Shown: piece by piece, positions 47,268-57,489 of the stretch
Numbering within the stretch: the stretch's first letter is position 1
How the letters are laid out: each line of letters opens with the position of its first letter
Source of the DNA: Candidatus Bathyarchaeota archaeon
GTDB taxonomy: Archaea; Thermoproteota; Bathyarchaeia; TCS64
Reading direction: 5' to 3'
Assembly: GCA_030613835.1 (NCBI GenBank)
Contig: JAUWLH010000001.1
Coordinates: 1-57,586 of the forward strand
Length of the DNA: 57,586 nt
Notes under the pieces: model-generated
Told to the model about the DNA's origin: nothing
Seen by the model: the letters and a program-made list of their open reading frames with translations, nothing else
The model's database searches: none
Program-made: the position numbers and the translations under genes

Positions 47268-48449
47268 ATGAAACGGTTCGATGGAGCACGAGTGTATTTC
47301 AGCCCTTCCGGCATGGGTCTAGGCCATGTCAGTAGATGTGTGCCCATCGCCCACGAGGTCCAGAGGCTTGGCGGCGAGGTCATGTTCTCCACCTACCTCG
47401 AAGGGATTGATTATCTCTCTAAGTTCGGATTCACCGTGGCCGAGGCTCCAGAGATTTACCTGGAAACCAACCATACTGGAAGCATCGATCTCAAGGCAAC
47501 AGTGTCAACGCGGGGTTTCTCGGCCCTCTGGACATTAATGGAACAGATAAGGTTCGAGGTCGAGAAGATGCAGGCATTCAAGCCGAATCTTGTGTTTGTT
47601 GACACCCGTGTTAGCACGATCATGGCGGCGAAGATGCTCAGGCTACCCTGTGTGCTGGTCCTTAACCAGTTCCTGCCCAGAGCCCCGAGGGAGACGGATA
47701 CAAATTTCTGGAAGTTGGTGGACGGGACTGTTATGACTGTCCTAGGTTGGATGTGGGATTTGTCAGATAGGCTCATCATCCCAGATTTCCCTGAGCCCTA
47801 CACCATCAGCTTGGACAGCCTGAGGGCTCCTCGCAGGTACGGAGCGAAGATGGACTTGGTGGGCTCCATCATGGGCTTTAAGCCAGAGAACAGTGTTGAC
47901 GCGTCCACAATTAGAGAAGAGCTAGGCTTGGATGACCAGGTATTGATCTACGCCGGGATCAGCGGCCCGCGTCCTGAGCGAATGCCCTTGATACGGATAC
48001 TGGCCCCCATTTTCAGCAGGTTCCCTGACAAGTACCACGTCGTGATGTCAATGGGCAACCCCCACGGTGGAAACAAGCCGAAACGAGTGGGTAACGTGAC
48101 TCTAATCCCCTGGATCGATGACCGTTACGCGTTCCTCAACGCCTGCGACGTGGTCATCAGCAGGGGTGGTCACGAGACCATCATGCAGAGCATCGGGTAC
48201 AACAAGCCCAGTATCATAATCCCCATGCCTCGCCATCCTGAGCAGTACGGGAACGCTAGGCGCGCCATGGAGATCGGCGTGGCCGAGGCCCTGCATCAAA
48301 GGGATGTGTCCAAGAAATCACTCATCAAGAGGATTGAGCACCTGCTTGAGAACGACCGTGCGCTTGATGTTTTGGTTGACATAAACCAGAACAAGCACCT
48401 GGACGAGGGCCTTGAGAGGATCATCGAGATCATCGCAGAGTACCTGTGA
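47268..48449 (+). CDS. GT-B glycosyltransferase (MurG/GT28-like, UDP-sugar dependent)
   Basis: SPSGMGLGHVSRC N-terminal G-loop, and the C-terminal ISRGGHETIMQSI nucleotide-sugar binding pattern. Confidence 0.75.
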   Translation: MKRFDGARVYFSPSGMGLGHVSRCVPIAHEVQRLGGEVMFSTYLEGIDYLSKFGFTVAEAPEIYLETNHTGSIDLKATVSTRGFSALWTLMEQIRFEVEKMQAFKPNLVFVDTRVSTIMAAKMLRLPCVLVLNQFLPRAPRETDTNFWKLVDGTVMTVLGWMWDLSDRLIIPDFPEPYTISLDSLRAPRRYGAKMDLVGSIMGFKPENSVDASTIREELGLDDQVLIYAGISGPRPERMPLIRILAPIFSRFPDKYHVVMSMGNPHGGNKPKRVGNVTLIPWIDDRYAFLNACDVVISRGGHETIMQSIGYNKPSIIIPMPRHPEQYGNARRAMEIGVAEALHQRDVSKKSLIKRIEHLLENDRALDVLVDINQNKHLDEGLERIIEIIAEYL

Positions 48450-48546
48450 TTAATTTTAAGTGTCGGCGGTGTGACTGCTGTCCACGGATTACCACTACGC
48501 AAAGGAAAGGGATTCAGAGGTAGACAAGTACTTCGATCATGACGTT

Positions 48547-48819
48547 ATGAAGGCCTGGGCAGACTGGAACAGGAAGGTTTTCGAGCCGGGCCAGCTGGGC
48601 AAGTAGCCAAAGGAGCTGATTGCCATAGTGTGCACCTACATGACCAGATGTCCATAGTGCATCGAGGGCCACGCCAAGGTAGCCATGAAGGCGGGTGCGA
48701 CCAAGGAAGAGATAGCTGAGGTCATCCAGATCACCATGGCTTTGAGCAGCGGTGCGCTGATAGCTCACAGGAACATCGCGCTGGACGTTTGGTCCAGTCT
48801 TATCCATTCACTATTTTAA
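48547..48819 (+). pseudogene. Carboxymuconolactone decarboxylase (AhpD-like/CMD) family gene interrupted by two in-frame TAG codons
   Basis: My translation is MKAWADWNRKVFEPGQLGK*PKELIAIVCTYMTRCP*CIEGHAKVAMKAGATKEEIAEVIQITMALSSGALIAH. The TAGs are at 48604-48606 and 48655-48657. The second falls inside the CxxC motif. Confidence 0.7.
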
Positions 48820-48841
48820 TTGCAATTGTATTTTTCTATAC

Positions 48842-50260
48842 ATGTCTTCTTGCCGCATTGAACGTGATTTTCTAGGCGAAGTACCCGTTCCATCTGCTGC
48901 CCTTTATGGTGGATTCACAGCCCGCGTATCGGAGAGCTTCAAGATATCGGGTCAAACGATTCATCCTCTCTTCATCCAGACGCTGGCTGAGGTGAAGAAA
49001 GCAGCCGCTGAGACCAATAACGAGCTTGGGCTCCTAGACGACAAGGTCTACGAAGTGATTATCAAGGCTCTGGACGAAGTTCTAGAGGGTAAACACAGTG
49101 AGATGTTTCCACTAGATGTCTTCCAAGCGGGCGCTGGAACCCCCTGGAACATGAACATGAACGAGGTGGTGGCTAATAGGGCGAACCAGATACTAGGTTA
49201 TCCCATCGGGGAATACGTCCCTGTCCACCCCAACGACCATGTCAACATGTCCCAGAGCAGTAACGACGTGATACCCAACACGATCAGGGTAACATCACTC
49301 AGGCTTGTCTCTCACCTGCTCGACTCTCTAAATCAACTTGAGGTGAGTCTGGGGGCAAAAGCCGTTGAATTCAGAGATATCATGAAAAGCTCAAGAACCC
49401 ATGCCAGGGACGCTGTTCCTATCACCCTGGGACAGGAGTTTTCAGCTTACGCCAGCATGGTTAAGGCCCATTTAGTCAATACCCGAAACTCAGCCGACCC
49501 TTTGAGTTTGATATTCCTAGGAGGGACCGCCGCCGGTACCGGTGTCAACACTCATCCAGATTATTCCGATCTCGTGATCAAGCATCTGAGTAATATTACA
49601 GAACTGGACCTGAGTCAGGCGAAGGATAAAATCCACCTGACGCAGTTCATGTCCGATTTTATGCACCTGATAAACGCCCTCTCGGCTTTCTGTGTTGATA
49701 TCGTGAAGGTGAACAACGACCTGGTGCTCATGAGCAGTGGTCCACGGACGGGCCTGTCCGAGATTCAGCTGCCCCCGGTTGAGCCAGGTTCCAGTATAAT
49801 GCCGGGGAAGGTCAACCCAAGCATCATCGAGGCAGTGAACATGGTCTGCTTCCAGGTCCAGGGCAACAGGCTGGCGGTCGAGAACGCTGCCAAGTCAGGT
49901 TTATTCGATCTCAACGTCTACACCCCGGTCATAGCCTTCAACCTCTTCAACTCCCTTGAGTGGCTCACAAATGCCATCAACGCCCTCGACCTAAGATGCA
50001 TCCAAGGGATAGAGGCTAACAGGGAGGTCCTGGAAGGATATTACACCGATTCTAACGCCATGGTGACCCTCCTCAGCCCCTTGATTGGGTACATAAAAGC
50101 CTCGGAGCTGGCGAGGACATCCTTAGAGACTGGAATAAACGCTGGTGAGCTTGCGGTCACAAACGGGTACATCACCCAGGACGACTTGGACGCTATTCTA
50201 TCCACCCCAACCGGGCCAAACCTCCACATAGTCAAAAAGATCAAGGAGAAGGGAGATTGA
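48842..50260 (+). CDS. fumC: Class II fumarate hydratase (aspartase/fumarase superfamily)
   Basis: [27 protein letters not shown] and [11 protein letters not shown]. The call between fumarase and aspartase rests on the [14 protein letters not shown] match and on the sdhAB neighbours. Confidence 0.8.
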   Translation: MSSCRIERDFLGEVPVPSAALYGGFTARVSESFKISGQTIHPLFIQTLAEVKKAAAETNNELGLLDDKVYEVIIKALDEVLEGKHSEMFPLDVFQAGAGTPWNMNMNEVVANRANQILGYPIGEYVPVHPNDHVNMSQSSNDVIPNTIRVTSLRLVSHLLDSLNQLEVSLGAKAVEFRDIMKSSRTHARDAVPITLGQEFSAYASMVKAHLVNTRNSADPLSLIFLGGTAAGTGVNTHPDYSDLVIKHLSNITELDLSQAKDKIHLTQFMSDFMHLINALSAFCVDIVKVNNDLVLMSSGPRTGLSEIQLPPVEPGSSIMPGKVNPSIIEAVNMVCFQVQGNRLAVENAAKSGLFDLNVYTPVIAFNLFNSLEWLTNAINALDLRCIQGIEANREVLEGYYTDSNAMVTLLSPLIGYIKASELARTSLETGINAGELAVTNGYITQDDLDAILSTPTGPNLHIVKKIKEKGD

Positions 50261-51951
50261 TCAGACACGATGTCTTGATCATCGGGGCCGGAATCTCGGG
50301 CCTCATGACCGCCCTCGAAGCGTCCAAGACCGTTGACGTTGGGGTACTCAGCAAGGTCCACTCAGTCAGGAGCCACAGTGGGGCCGCCCAGGGAGGCATA
50401 GCCGCTTCCCTCGGAAACGAGGAGGAGGACAACTGGGAGTGGCACATGTTCGACACTGTCAAGGGAAGTGACTACCTTGCGGACCAGGACAAGGTCGAGG
50501 TACTAGTAAGGGAGGCCCCCCGTGCATTGATAGAACTTGAGCACATGGGAGTACCGTTCACGAGGAACGAGAACGGGTCCATAGCCCAGCGCTTCTTCGG
50601 GGGTCACACACGGGCGTTCGGAAAGGCACCTGTCAGGCGGGCGTGTTACGCGTCGGACAGGACGGGCCGGGTCATCATGAACAACGTGTATGATCACGCC
50701 CTAGCACGAGGTGTGAAGGTTTACCACGAGCACTTCGCCTTCAAACTCCATCTAGATAATAGGCGAGTTACGGGGGTAACCTGCTACGACCTGGCCACCA
50801 GCGAGGTGAAAACCATACATGCAAAGGCAGTCGTGATCGCCACGGGTGGGATGGGTCGTGTGTTCCAGACTACAAGTAACGGCAACGTTGCGACGGGAGA
50901 CGGATTAGCCCTCGCGCTGAATGTTGGGGTCCCCCTCATGGACATGGAGTTCATCCAGTTCCACCCCACCGGTTTCCACGGGCTGGGGGTGCTGGTCACC
51001 GAGGCCGCCCGAGGGCAGGGGGGAATACTGAGAAACGATTCCGGGGAACGATTCATGGAGCGGTACGCCCCCTCAATCAAGGACCTAGCCCCGAGGGACG
51101 TGGTGTCAAGGGCAATACTAACTGAGATACAGGAAGGACGAGGTATCAATGGTAAGGACTACGTCCACCTCGACCTGACCCATCTCGATGAGGGGGTTGT
51201 CGAGGAAAAGCTCAGCGAGATAACTGAGATATCAAGGAACTTCCTCGACATTGACCCGGTCAAGAAACCCATACCCGTGGCCCCCACCTGCCACTACATG
51301 ATGGGGGGCGTCCCCACTGACGTCAACGGGGCTGTCCCCGAAATAGAAGGACTTTACTCAGTGGGTGAATCGGCTTGCGTCAGCGTCCACGGCTCAAACA
51401 GGCTGGGCTGCAATAGCCTCATCGACCTCGTCGTCTTCGGGAAACGAGCTGGGAAAACCGTGGCCGATTATGTTTCCAGCATTGATTGGGGCTATGAACC
51501 AGAATATTCAGGAGAACCAATGATTTCAACCCTGTTGAACTCCGATGGAGGCGCGATCATACACGAGATCCGCGGCGAGATGAGGAAGATAATGACCAAT
51601 AATGTAAGCATATTCAGGACCGAGGAATCCCTGAACAATGCACTGGCCAAGATCAGGCAATTGCGGCTCATGTACCAAGACATCGGGCTGATTCACAGGG
51701 GAAAGGTTCACAACATGGAGCTGAGGGAGGCGCTTGAGCTGGACAACATGCTAATGGTGGCCGAGGCGGTGATCTTCTCAGCGTTAAACCGGGAGGAAAG
51801 CAGGGGTGCCCACAGCAGGACCGACTATCCCGAAAGAGACGACGCGAACTGGCTGAAGCACACCCTGGTAAAGAATGTCAACGGCGGACTGGAGATCACG
51901 TACAGGCCGGTGACCATCACCCGGTTCCATCCTAAGGAGAGGAAGTACTAG
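50257..51951 (+). CDS. sdhA: Succinate dehydrogenase/fumarate reductase flavoprotein subunit
   Basis: [21 protein letters not shown] (covalent-FAD His region), HPTG and HGSNRLG. TTGA overlap with fumC. Confidence 0.9.
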   Translation: MIRHDVLIIGAGISGLMTALEASKTVDVGVLSKVHSVRSHSGAAQGGIAASLGNEEEDNWEWHMFDTVKGSDYLADQDKVEVLVREAPRALIELEHMGVPFTRNENGSIAQRFFGGHTRAFGKAPVRRACYASDRTGRVIMNNVYDHALARGVKVYHEHFAFKLHLDNRRVTGVTCYDLATSEVKTIHAKAVVIATGGMGRVFQTTSNGNVATGDGLALALNVGVPLMDMEFIQFHPTGFHGLGVLVTEAARGQGGILRNDSGERFMERYAPSIKDLAPRDVVSRAILTEIQEGRGINGKDYVHLDLTHLDEGVVEEKLSEITEISRNFLDIDPVKKPIPVAPTCHYMMGGVPTDVNGAVPEIEGLYSVGESACVSVHGSNRLGCNSLIDLVVFGKRAGKTVADYVSSIDWGYEPEYSGEPMISTLLNSDGGAIIHEIRGEMRKIMTNNVSIFRTEESLNNALAKIRQLRLMYQDIGLIHRGKVHNMELREALELDNMLMVAEAVIFSALNREESRGAHSRTDYPERDDANWLKHTLVKNVNGGLEITYRPVTITRFHPKERKY

Positions 51952-51952
51952 G

Positions 51953-52669
51953 ATGAAGTTCGTAGTTTTCAGGTTTGACCCGGAGATTGATGAAGAGCCC
52001 AGGTACGAGACGTATGACCTGGACACACCCCCAGGCATGAGGATATTGGACTGCCTCAACATCATCAGGGAAGAACACGACCCCGGTCTCAGCTTCAGGT
52101 ACAGCTGCGGCCACGGAATCTGTGGCTCATGCGGCCTCACACTCAACGGGCTGGCTTCACTCGCCTGCCAGAAACTAGTCAAGCACTACGAGAGGTCTCC
52201 GGAGATCAAGGTGGAGCCCCTCGGGTTCTACCCCGTGATCAAGGACTTGGTCGTGGACATGGAGCCATTCTTTCAGCGGATGAGGGCCATCCACCCCGAG
52301 AACTGGGGAAAGATCAGTCCAGTCCAAGTCTCGAAGCAGCTCCATCAGAGCCAGGAGGACCACGCGCTGATAGTTGACGCCATCAAGTGCATCATGTGCG
52401 GCGCATGCACCGCCCAGTGCCCGGTAATGCTGGATGAGGACCCGGAGTTCATAGGACCAGCCGCGGTACTCAGGGCCAAAAGGTACATCTTCGACACCCG
52501 CATGACGGACACAGAGGAAAGGAAACGTGCGATAGAGTCACCACACGGTGTCTGGAGCTGCGACACAAGGTGGCTCTGCACAAAGGTATGCCCAAAGGGC
52601 ATCCAGGTCACCAATAACATCCTTGACCTCAAGGCTGTGCTGAAAAAATATTCTCTAAGTAACAAGTAG
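51953..52669 (+). CDS. sdhB: Succinate dehydrogenase/fumarate reductase iron-sulfur subunit
   Basis: CGHGICGSCG (2Fe-2S), CIMCGACTAQCP (4Fe-4S) and CTKVCPKG (3Fe-4S). Confidence 0.9.
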   Translation: MKFVVFRFDPEIDEEPRYETYDLDTPPGMRILDCLNIIREEHDPGLSFRYSCGHGICGSCGLTLNGLASLACQKLVKHYERSPEIKVEPLGFYPVIKDLVVDMEPFFQRMRAIHPENWGKISPVQVSKQLHQSQEDHALIVDAIKCIMCGACTAQCPVMLDEDPEFIGPAAVLRAKRYIFDTRMTDTEERKRAIESPHGVWSCDTRWLCTKVCPKGIQVTNNILDLKAVLKKYSLSNK

Positions 52670-52675
52670 CGGGTA

Positions 52676-55522
52676 CTACTTGTTGGCCCAGTACTGCCTA
52701 GTCTTCATGTACTGGATCTTGGCCTTCAACAGATCCTTATAGAACTCCTCGTTGCTCCTGTGCATCCTGCTCAGCACCTGGTAGCTGGTCACAGGCCCAA
52801 CGCCGTAAACCATCAATGCCTCCACGGCCTTCCTCCCATAGCTAAGGACCATATCAGCGGTCTTCCTGCCGTGCCTGAGCTGATCAAGGTCATCACCGAA
52901 CAGCTCCTCGCCCTCATTCCACTTCCTCAGGAGCATCTGGAACTGCTCAGGATCCTGGTTACGCCTCATCATGGCCATGAGCCCGCTGTTGCAGTTACCG
53001 CAAAGTGGTCTATCATCCAGCTCCCGGATACGCACCTGTGTATGCCACTCGCCGCAGTTCACGCATGCCAGTCTCACCCTCCTTGAATGGATGTTCTGTC
53101 TCATGTACTCGATCTGGTCCGTGATGGTAGCATCCGTGGCCATCAGCTCCTCGACATCGGCGTACTTTTCCAGTATGCGCCTGGCCAAAGCACTAGGCTC
53201 AGAGACCTTTTTTGTGACAACCTCGATGGAACCGTCTCCTATTCCCGTGACTATCTCCTTGACTGATGACATATCCAGCTTCTCGTGGTATGCCTCCCTC
53301 AGGGTCTCCTTATAGATGGGCGTGTCCTTGAAGCGATAGTACAGGTTCTCCATCCTATCATGTCCCATGATCTTTCCCCTTGGGATCACTCCAAAACGTT
53401 CGGCGATGAACTTCATTTTGTACCCGAACGGGAAACGAGCATGCATGTAATCACTGAGCAGCCTGTCTGCCTCATCCGGCGTCAGAGCCCTGATGAGGTC
53501 CTCGATATCTTTGATCTCGTATTCGTTGAGCTTGTTGGGTGCCTCGATTAGGATCCTGTATGGGTCGTTCCACCAGTTGTAGATCAGCTCCTTCTTGCTC
53601 AGGGCCGCGTCGAGGATGGCCCCCAGGGCCCTGTTGATTTTCTCTCCCCTGGTGCTGTGGATGACCAAGTACTGGTCCCAGACCTCAATGATCAGGTTCG
53701 ACGGATTGGGAAGTGGAAGCCCTGATTTCAGGTGGGCGACGGACTCGTCAGCGATCTCCTTCAGGCTACCTACATCGGTGTCTAATGGCTCTGCTAGGTC
53801 TTCTAGGGTCTCAGCAGACTGATTTATGGTCTCCCTAAGGGTCCCGGCCTCTTCAGCGACCTCTCGGGTAACGGGGATCAGCTCACCGTCCCAGCCAGGT
53901 GCAGCTCCAAGTGGGTCAGTGCTGGGTAATGCATGAAGGACACCTCTCTCCTCGTCAATCTGGAGTATCCTCCAGACCCTTCCCCTGAGGATGACGTTAA
54001 GACCCACTCGGGCCCGTAGGCTCCAGAACTCGTCGCCGACAGTACCCACCATCTCATCGGTTATCGCGTTGATAAAGGGGTATCGCCTCTCGTCGTTGAT
54101 CATTCCCAGATTCTCGAAATAGTATCTCCTGCCCTTGCCTGTCTTCCTCAGTCTCTTTCCCTCCCTCTTGATCAATCCTATCTGCCTGAGGAACTCGATG
54201 AGCTCCTCGTACTCCTCCCCCGTGTACTCCTTAAACGGGTACGCCCTTTGAGCCAGCTCAAGCACCTCCCCCTCGTCGATGCCGTCATCTAGGGCCATAA
54301 TCGTGAGCCCCACTATCTGGTGCGTGAGAACATCAAGAGGCTTCATGTGAACAAGCGTGGGCTCAAGCCGCTTCTTCCTCGCCAAATCCGATGCCACAAG
54401 GCTCTCAAGTGTGTCCTCGCCGTATGCCGGTATTGTCACGCCCTCGCTCAACCTGTTCAATGTGTGACCCGCCCTGCCCACCCTCTGGATGAGGGCGCTG
54501 ACCTGGCGTGGGCTCTGGTACTGGATGGTAAGGTCTACCTCCCCGATGTCGATCCCAAGCTGGAGTGTGCTGGTGCAGACTATTCCTTTCAACTCTCCCG
54601 CCTTGAACCTGTCCTCAGTGATGTGCCTCTGCTCCCTGCTGAGGCTGCCGTGGTGGACCTCGATACCTGGTCCCATCTGCTTGAGTCTGAACCCCAGTGC
54701 CTCAGCCTGGCCCCTGCCCTGAACGAAGATGAGCGTGCTGTTATGCTCGTTGACGAGGCTTCTTATCCTGTTGAGCCTGCTGGCCGCCTTGGGGCTCGTA
54801 TTGAGCTCGTCGGCCAGGTCGAAATCCGAGTCAGTTGGCTGAGGGAAGTGGACCTTGTACTTGTAGGTCTTGTCCACCTCGACCTCCACGATGTTGACAG
54901 GATGGACGCCCCCAAGAAACTTGGCAACAGTTTTAGGGTTACCGATGGTCGCGCTAAGCCCTATCCTCTGCGGCTTCCCGTTGGCGGCCTTGTCAAGCCT
55001 CTCAAGCCCTATCGTGAGCTGTGCGCCCCGCTTGCTGGCGGCCAGGTCATGTATCTCGTCTATTATCACCCACCTGACTTGTGCCAGGTGCTTCCGCATC
55101 CCCTTGGATGGAAGGATGGCCTGCAGTGTCTCCGGTGTCGTGATGAGCATCTGGGGCGGCATCCTGGTCTGCCTCCTTCTCTGCTTCTGACTCGTGTCCC
55201 CGTGGCGTACCTCCACCGTGATTCCCAGGTGGTCCGCCCAGAACATCATCCTCTTTTTGATGTCCCTGTTCAATGCCCTCAGCGGAGTGATGTAGATGAT
55301 GTTGATCCCTTTCTCCTTATGACCGCGAAGGTACATGTCGAATACTGGAAGGAGGGCAGCCTCGGTCTTTCCGCTTGCGGTGGGCGAAACAAGTAGAACG
55401 TTGTCTCCATCAAGGATAGCGGGTATCACTTTCTCCTGAGGGGGTGTTGGCTCTATAATGCCCAGCTGTTCGAGGCCTTCCCTTATCCTTGGGTGGAGCC
55501 CCTCGAAGACACTGGGTGGCAT
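52676..55522 (-). CDS. lhr: Lhr-type large DEAD/DEAH-box helicase
   Basis: PTPPQE, SPTASGKT (motif I), IIDEIHD (motif II), SAT and QRVGRAGH (motif VI), plus a long C-terminal extension with CxxC pairs. 948 aa. Confidence 0.9.
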   Translation of the reverse strand: MPPSVFEGLHPRIREGLEQLGIIEPTPPQEKVIPAILDGDNVLLVSPTASGKTEAALLPVFDMYLRGHKEKGINIIYITPLRALNRDIKKRMMFWADHLGITVEVRHGDTSQKQRRRQTRMPPQMLITTPETLQAILPSKGMRKHLAQVRWVIIDEIHDLAASKRGAQLTIGLERLDKAANGKPQRIGLSATIGNPKTVAKFLGGVHPVNIVEVEVDKTYKYKVHFPQPTDSDFDLADELNTSPKAASRLNRIRSLVNEHNSTLIFVQGRGQAEALGFRLKQMGPGIEVHHGSLSREQRHITEDRFKAGELKGIVCTSTLQLGIDIGEVDLTIQYQSPRQVSALIQRVGRAGHTLNRLSEGVTIPAYGEDTLESLVASDLARKKRLEPTLVHMKPLDVLTHQIVGLTIMALDDGIDEGEVLELAQRAYPFKEYTGEEYEELIEFLRQIGLIKREGKRLRKTGKGRRYYFENLGMINDERRYPFINAITDEMVGTVGDEFWSLRARVGLNVILRGRVWRILQIDEERGVLHALPSTDPLGAAPGWDGELIPVTREVAEEAGTLRETINQSAETLEDLAEPLDTDVGSLKEIADESVAHLKSGLPLPNPSNLIIEVWDQYLVIHSTRGEKINRALGAILDAALSKKELIYNWWNDPYRILIEAPNKLNEYEIKDIEDLIRALTPDEADRLLSDYMHARFPFGYKMKFIAERFGVIPRGKIMGHDRMENLYYRFKDTPIYKETLREAYHEKLDMSSVKEIVTGIGDGSIEVVTKKVSEPSALARRILEKYADVEELMATDATITDQIEYMRQNIHSRRVRLACVNCGEWHTQVRIRELDDRPLCGNCNSGLMAMMRRNQDPEQFQMLLRKWNEGEELFGDDLDQLRHGRKTADMVLSYGRKAVEALMVYGVGPVTSYQVLSRMHRSNEEFYKDLLKAKIQYMKTRQYWANK

Positions 55523-55891
55523 GGTCTTCTTGATGAATTGGAGAATAAAACCTCTTAGTACTGAAACGTGGCGAGGTCTCGGGTGAAAGTATGATCGGAT
55601 CTAATCCGCGATTTTTTTCGAAATAAATAACCCTACTCTATTTTAAGTAATAATTACATTATATATTATAATTACTAAAATCGTTCAATAATATTGCCTC
55701 TTTTCTCAAAACAGGAATATTTACAGGGTTTTTATTTATTAATACCATGTAGGCATTGGTTTTAACAAGACCACCTTAAAAAAAGAGTCATTTTGAAACG
55801 TTCTATCCTATCAAGTTGTATTAACGAAACAAGTCAAGGTCTTTAACATATTATCTGTTCCACTTTCTTCGCATCTAACGAGTTGAAAAGA

Positions 55892-56056
55892 ATGGGAACA
55901 TGCGAAATCTGCAATTCGGATCAAGTGAAGACATACACATGCAAAACATGTGAAAAGAACTTTTGCGTAAAGTGCGGTACATCCCATAAGCGGACTTGCT
56001 ACACGTGCAAGCCAAAGGGAAGTGGCGGATTCCTCAAGGGGCTCTTCGGCAGGTAG
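55892..56056 (+). CDS. Small Cys-rich zinc-binding protein of 54 aa, absent from the supplied ORF track
   Basis: My translation is MGTCEICNSDQVKTYTCKTCEKNFCVKCGTSHKRTCYTCKPKGSGGFLKGLFGR. It has four CxxC-type pairs and follows an AT-rich promoter-like region. Confidence 0.45.
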   Translation: MGTCEICNSDQVKTYTCKTCEKNFCVKCGTSHKRTCYTCKPKGSGGFLKGLFGR

Positions 56057-56114
56057 CTGAGAAAACCTACTATAATTTTCTATTATCTAAATAATACTTG
56101 TAAACTTAAAGAGG

Positions 56115-57401
56115 TTAGCTGACTAGATGCAGCTTCTTCTGTCGACCAGCCATGAACTGTAGCTCCTCTCCAGTCCACCATGCATCCTGCTCTAGACTCA
56201 TCTTGACCTCTTGGTTGTCCCACTCTGGGACCTCCTTCTTGGCGTTGAGCTCAATGGCGTAGCAGGTATTTGGGTGAAGAGGGTAATCTCCTCTGCCGGG
56301 AACGCCACCTTGCTGATCCCAAAGTCCAATTGTAGGGCCCGCCGCGTGTCCGTGTACCCCCAGTGGGTGGGTGTAGATCGAAGGCTTGATGCCATCGGCC
56401 CATGCGTTGTCCAGTGCTTCCCTCAATATCTCATTTCCCGTTCTTTTATTCTTCATAGCGGAGGCAAGGAAATCTTGAAGCTTGTTCGCGTCAACAAGGG
56501 CGTCCTTTAACCCCTGAGGAGCATCTGTCTCGCCCTGTTTGAGGACGTATGCGTTCTGCTGGACATCAGTGGCCAGTCCAAGATAGTAAAAGCCCACATC
56601 GCAATGAAGGAGATCTCCCCTGTGGATGACCCTCGTCCTCTCGTTGTCCTCGTAGCTGTCCCCGTGCCCCTGTCTATCAACCGTCGCTGGGAACCACATC
56701 TCGACACCTAGGTCGAGTATCTTCTGGCGAATCCACCACTGCACGTCATCGACCGTGGTCACACCGGCCGTGATGACCTTGCTGCTGAACGCCTCCTGTA
56801 TGATAGCGTGAGTGAGCTCGACGAGCATGGGGTACGCCTCAAGCTCCTCCTTGCTTCTCGTTTCAAGCCATCTGATGCATAATGCCTCGGCTGGTACAAG
56901 TCTCTCTGATAGATCGCCGAGGGCATCCACCATTAAGGTGTACTCCCCATGGGTCAGGCCATCCCCGAATGCGAAAGTATTTGAGACATTGATCCCGATC
57001 GTCTTTGGGTCTTTTTCCTTGATGATCTTGGCTAGGCACTCGTACTGCTCCTCCTCGTCAGGGTCCCATACGCCTTTGTAGAAATCCCCGAAACCATAAC
57101 GGTAGACCGCGAGACGCTCAACCCCTTCCTGCTGTCTGTGGAATAGTAATATTGTACGCCTCCTTGCGTAGAGATTTGGCTCGGGCAAGAGGCTCATGAT
57201 TACTGGGTCCTCGTTGTACTCGCGGGCAATAACCACCCACAGGTCGATCCCCGTCTCGTCCATCAAACCGGGAAGCATTTCCTCAAGCCTGTTCATCAGC
57301 CAGCCGTTGTAGACTGTCATCCTGTCGCGGAGGGGTAGTATCTTCTGCCTGTAAGAATCAGCGCCAGGGTTAGTGTGGTGCGGGAAAAGATGGTCACTCA
57401 T
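56115..57401 (-). CDS. M24-family metallopeptidase (Xaa-Pro aminopeptidase/creatinase-like)
   Basis: 428 aa. GDLLHCDVGFYYLGLATDVQQ and HPLGVHGH fit the pita-bread fold metal-ligand pattern. Confidence 0.8.
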   Translation of the reverse strand: MSDHLFPHHTNPGADSYRQKILPLRDRMTVYNGWLMNRLEEMLPGLMDETGIDLWVVIAREYNEDPVIMSLLPEPNLYARRRTILLFHRQQEGVERLAVYRYGFGDFYKGVWDPDEEEQYECLAKIIKEKDPKTIGINVSNTFAFGDGLTHGEYTLMVDALGDLSERLVPAEALCIRWLETRSKEELEAYPMLVELTHAIIQEAFSSKVITAGVTTVDDVQWWIRQKILDLGVEMWFPATVDRQGHGDSYEDNERTRVIHRGDLLHCDVGFYYLGLATDVQQNAYVLKQGETDAPQGLKDALVDANKLQDFLASAMKNKRTGNEILREALDNAWADGIKPSIYTHPLGVHGHAAGPTIGLWDQQGGVPGRGDYPLHPNTCYAIELNAKKEVPEWDNQEVKMSLEQDAWWTGEELQFMAGRQKKLHLVS

Positions 57402-57489
57402 GCCCTATACTTTGTTTATGGGGCAATAAAATTATCCAGTAACAAGATTACCCGTAACTCTTTACAATGATAAGCGAACCCATCTACTC

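Noticed and set aside
48604-48657. Pyrrolysine or genome-wide TAG reassignment, suggested by two in-frame TAGs in the CMD-like gene
   Set aside because: By my reading TAG is the natural terminator of about twenty genes here, including eno, argG, glyS, lplA, hjc, sdhA and lhr. I saw no tRNA-Pyl-like CUCUAAA anticodon-loop sequence outside coding DNA, and no pyl genes are in the window. A pseudogene is the simpler explanation.
54320-55396. A 358-aa plus-strand ORF antisense to lhr. Similar long antisense ORFs occur at 37158-38117 (opposite lon), 1625-2311 (opposite ppdK), 11468-12154, 20940-21458, 31580-32215 and 33160-33663.
   Set aside because: Each lies entirely inside a strongly supported gene on the other strand. 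They are rich in R/P/L/G/H, as expected for antisense frames of GC-rich coding DNA, and have no recognisable motifs.
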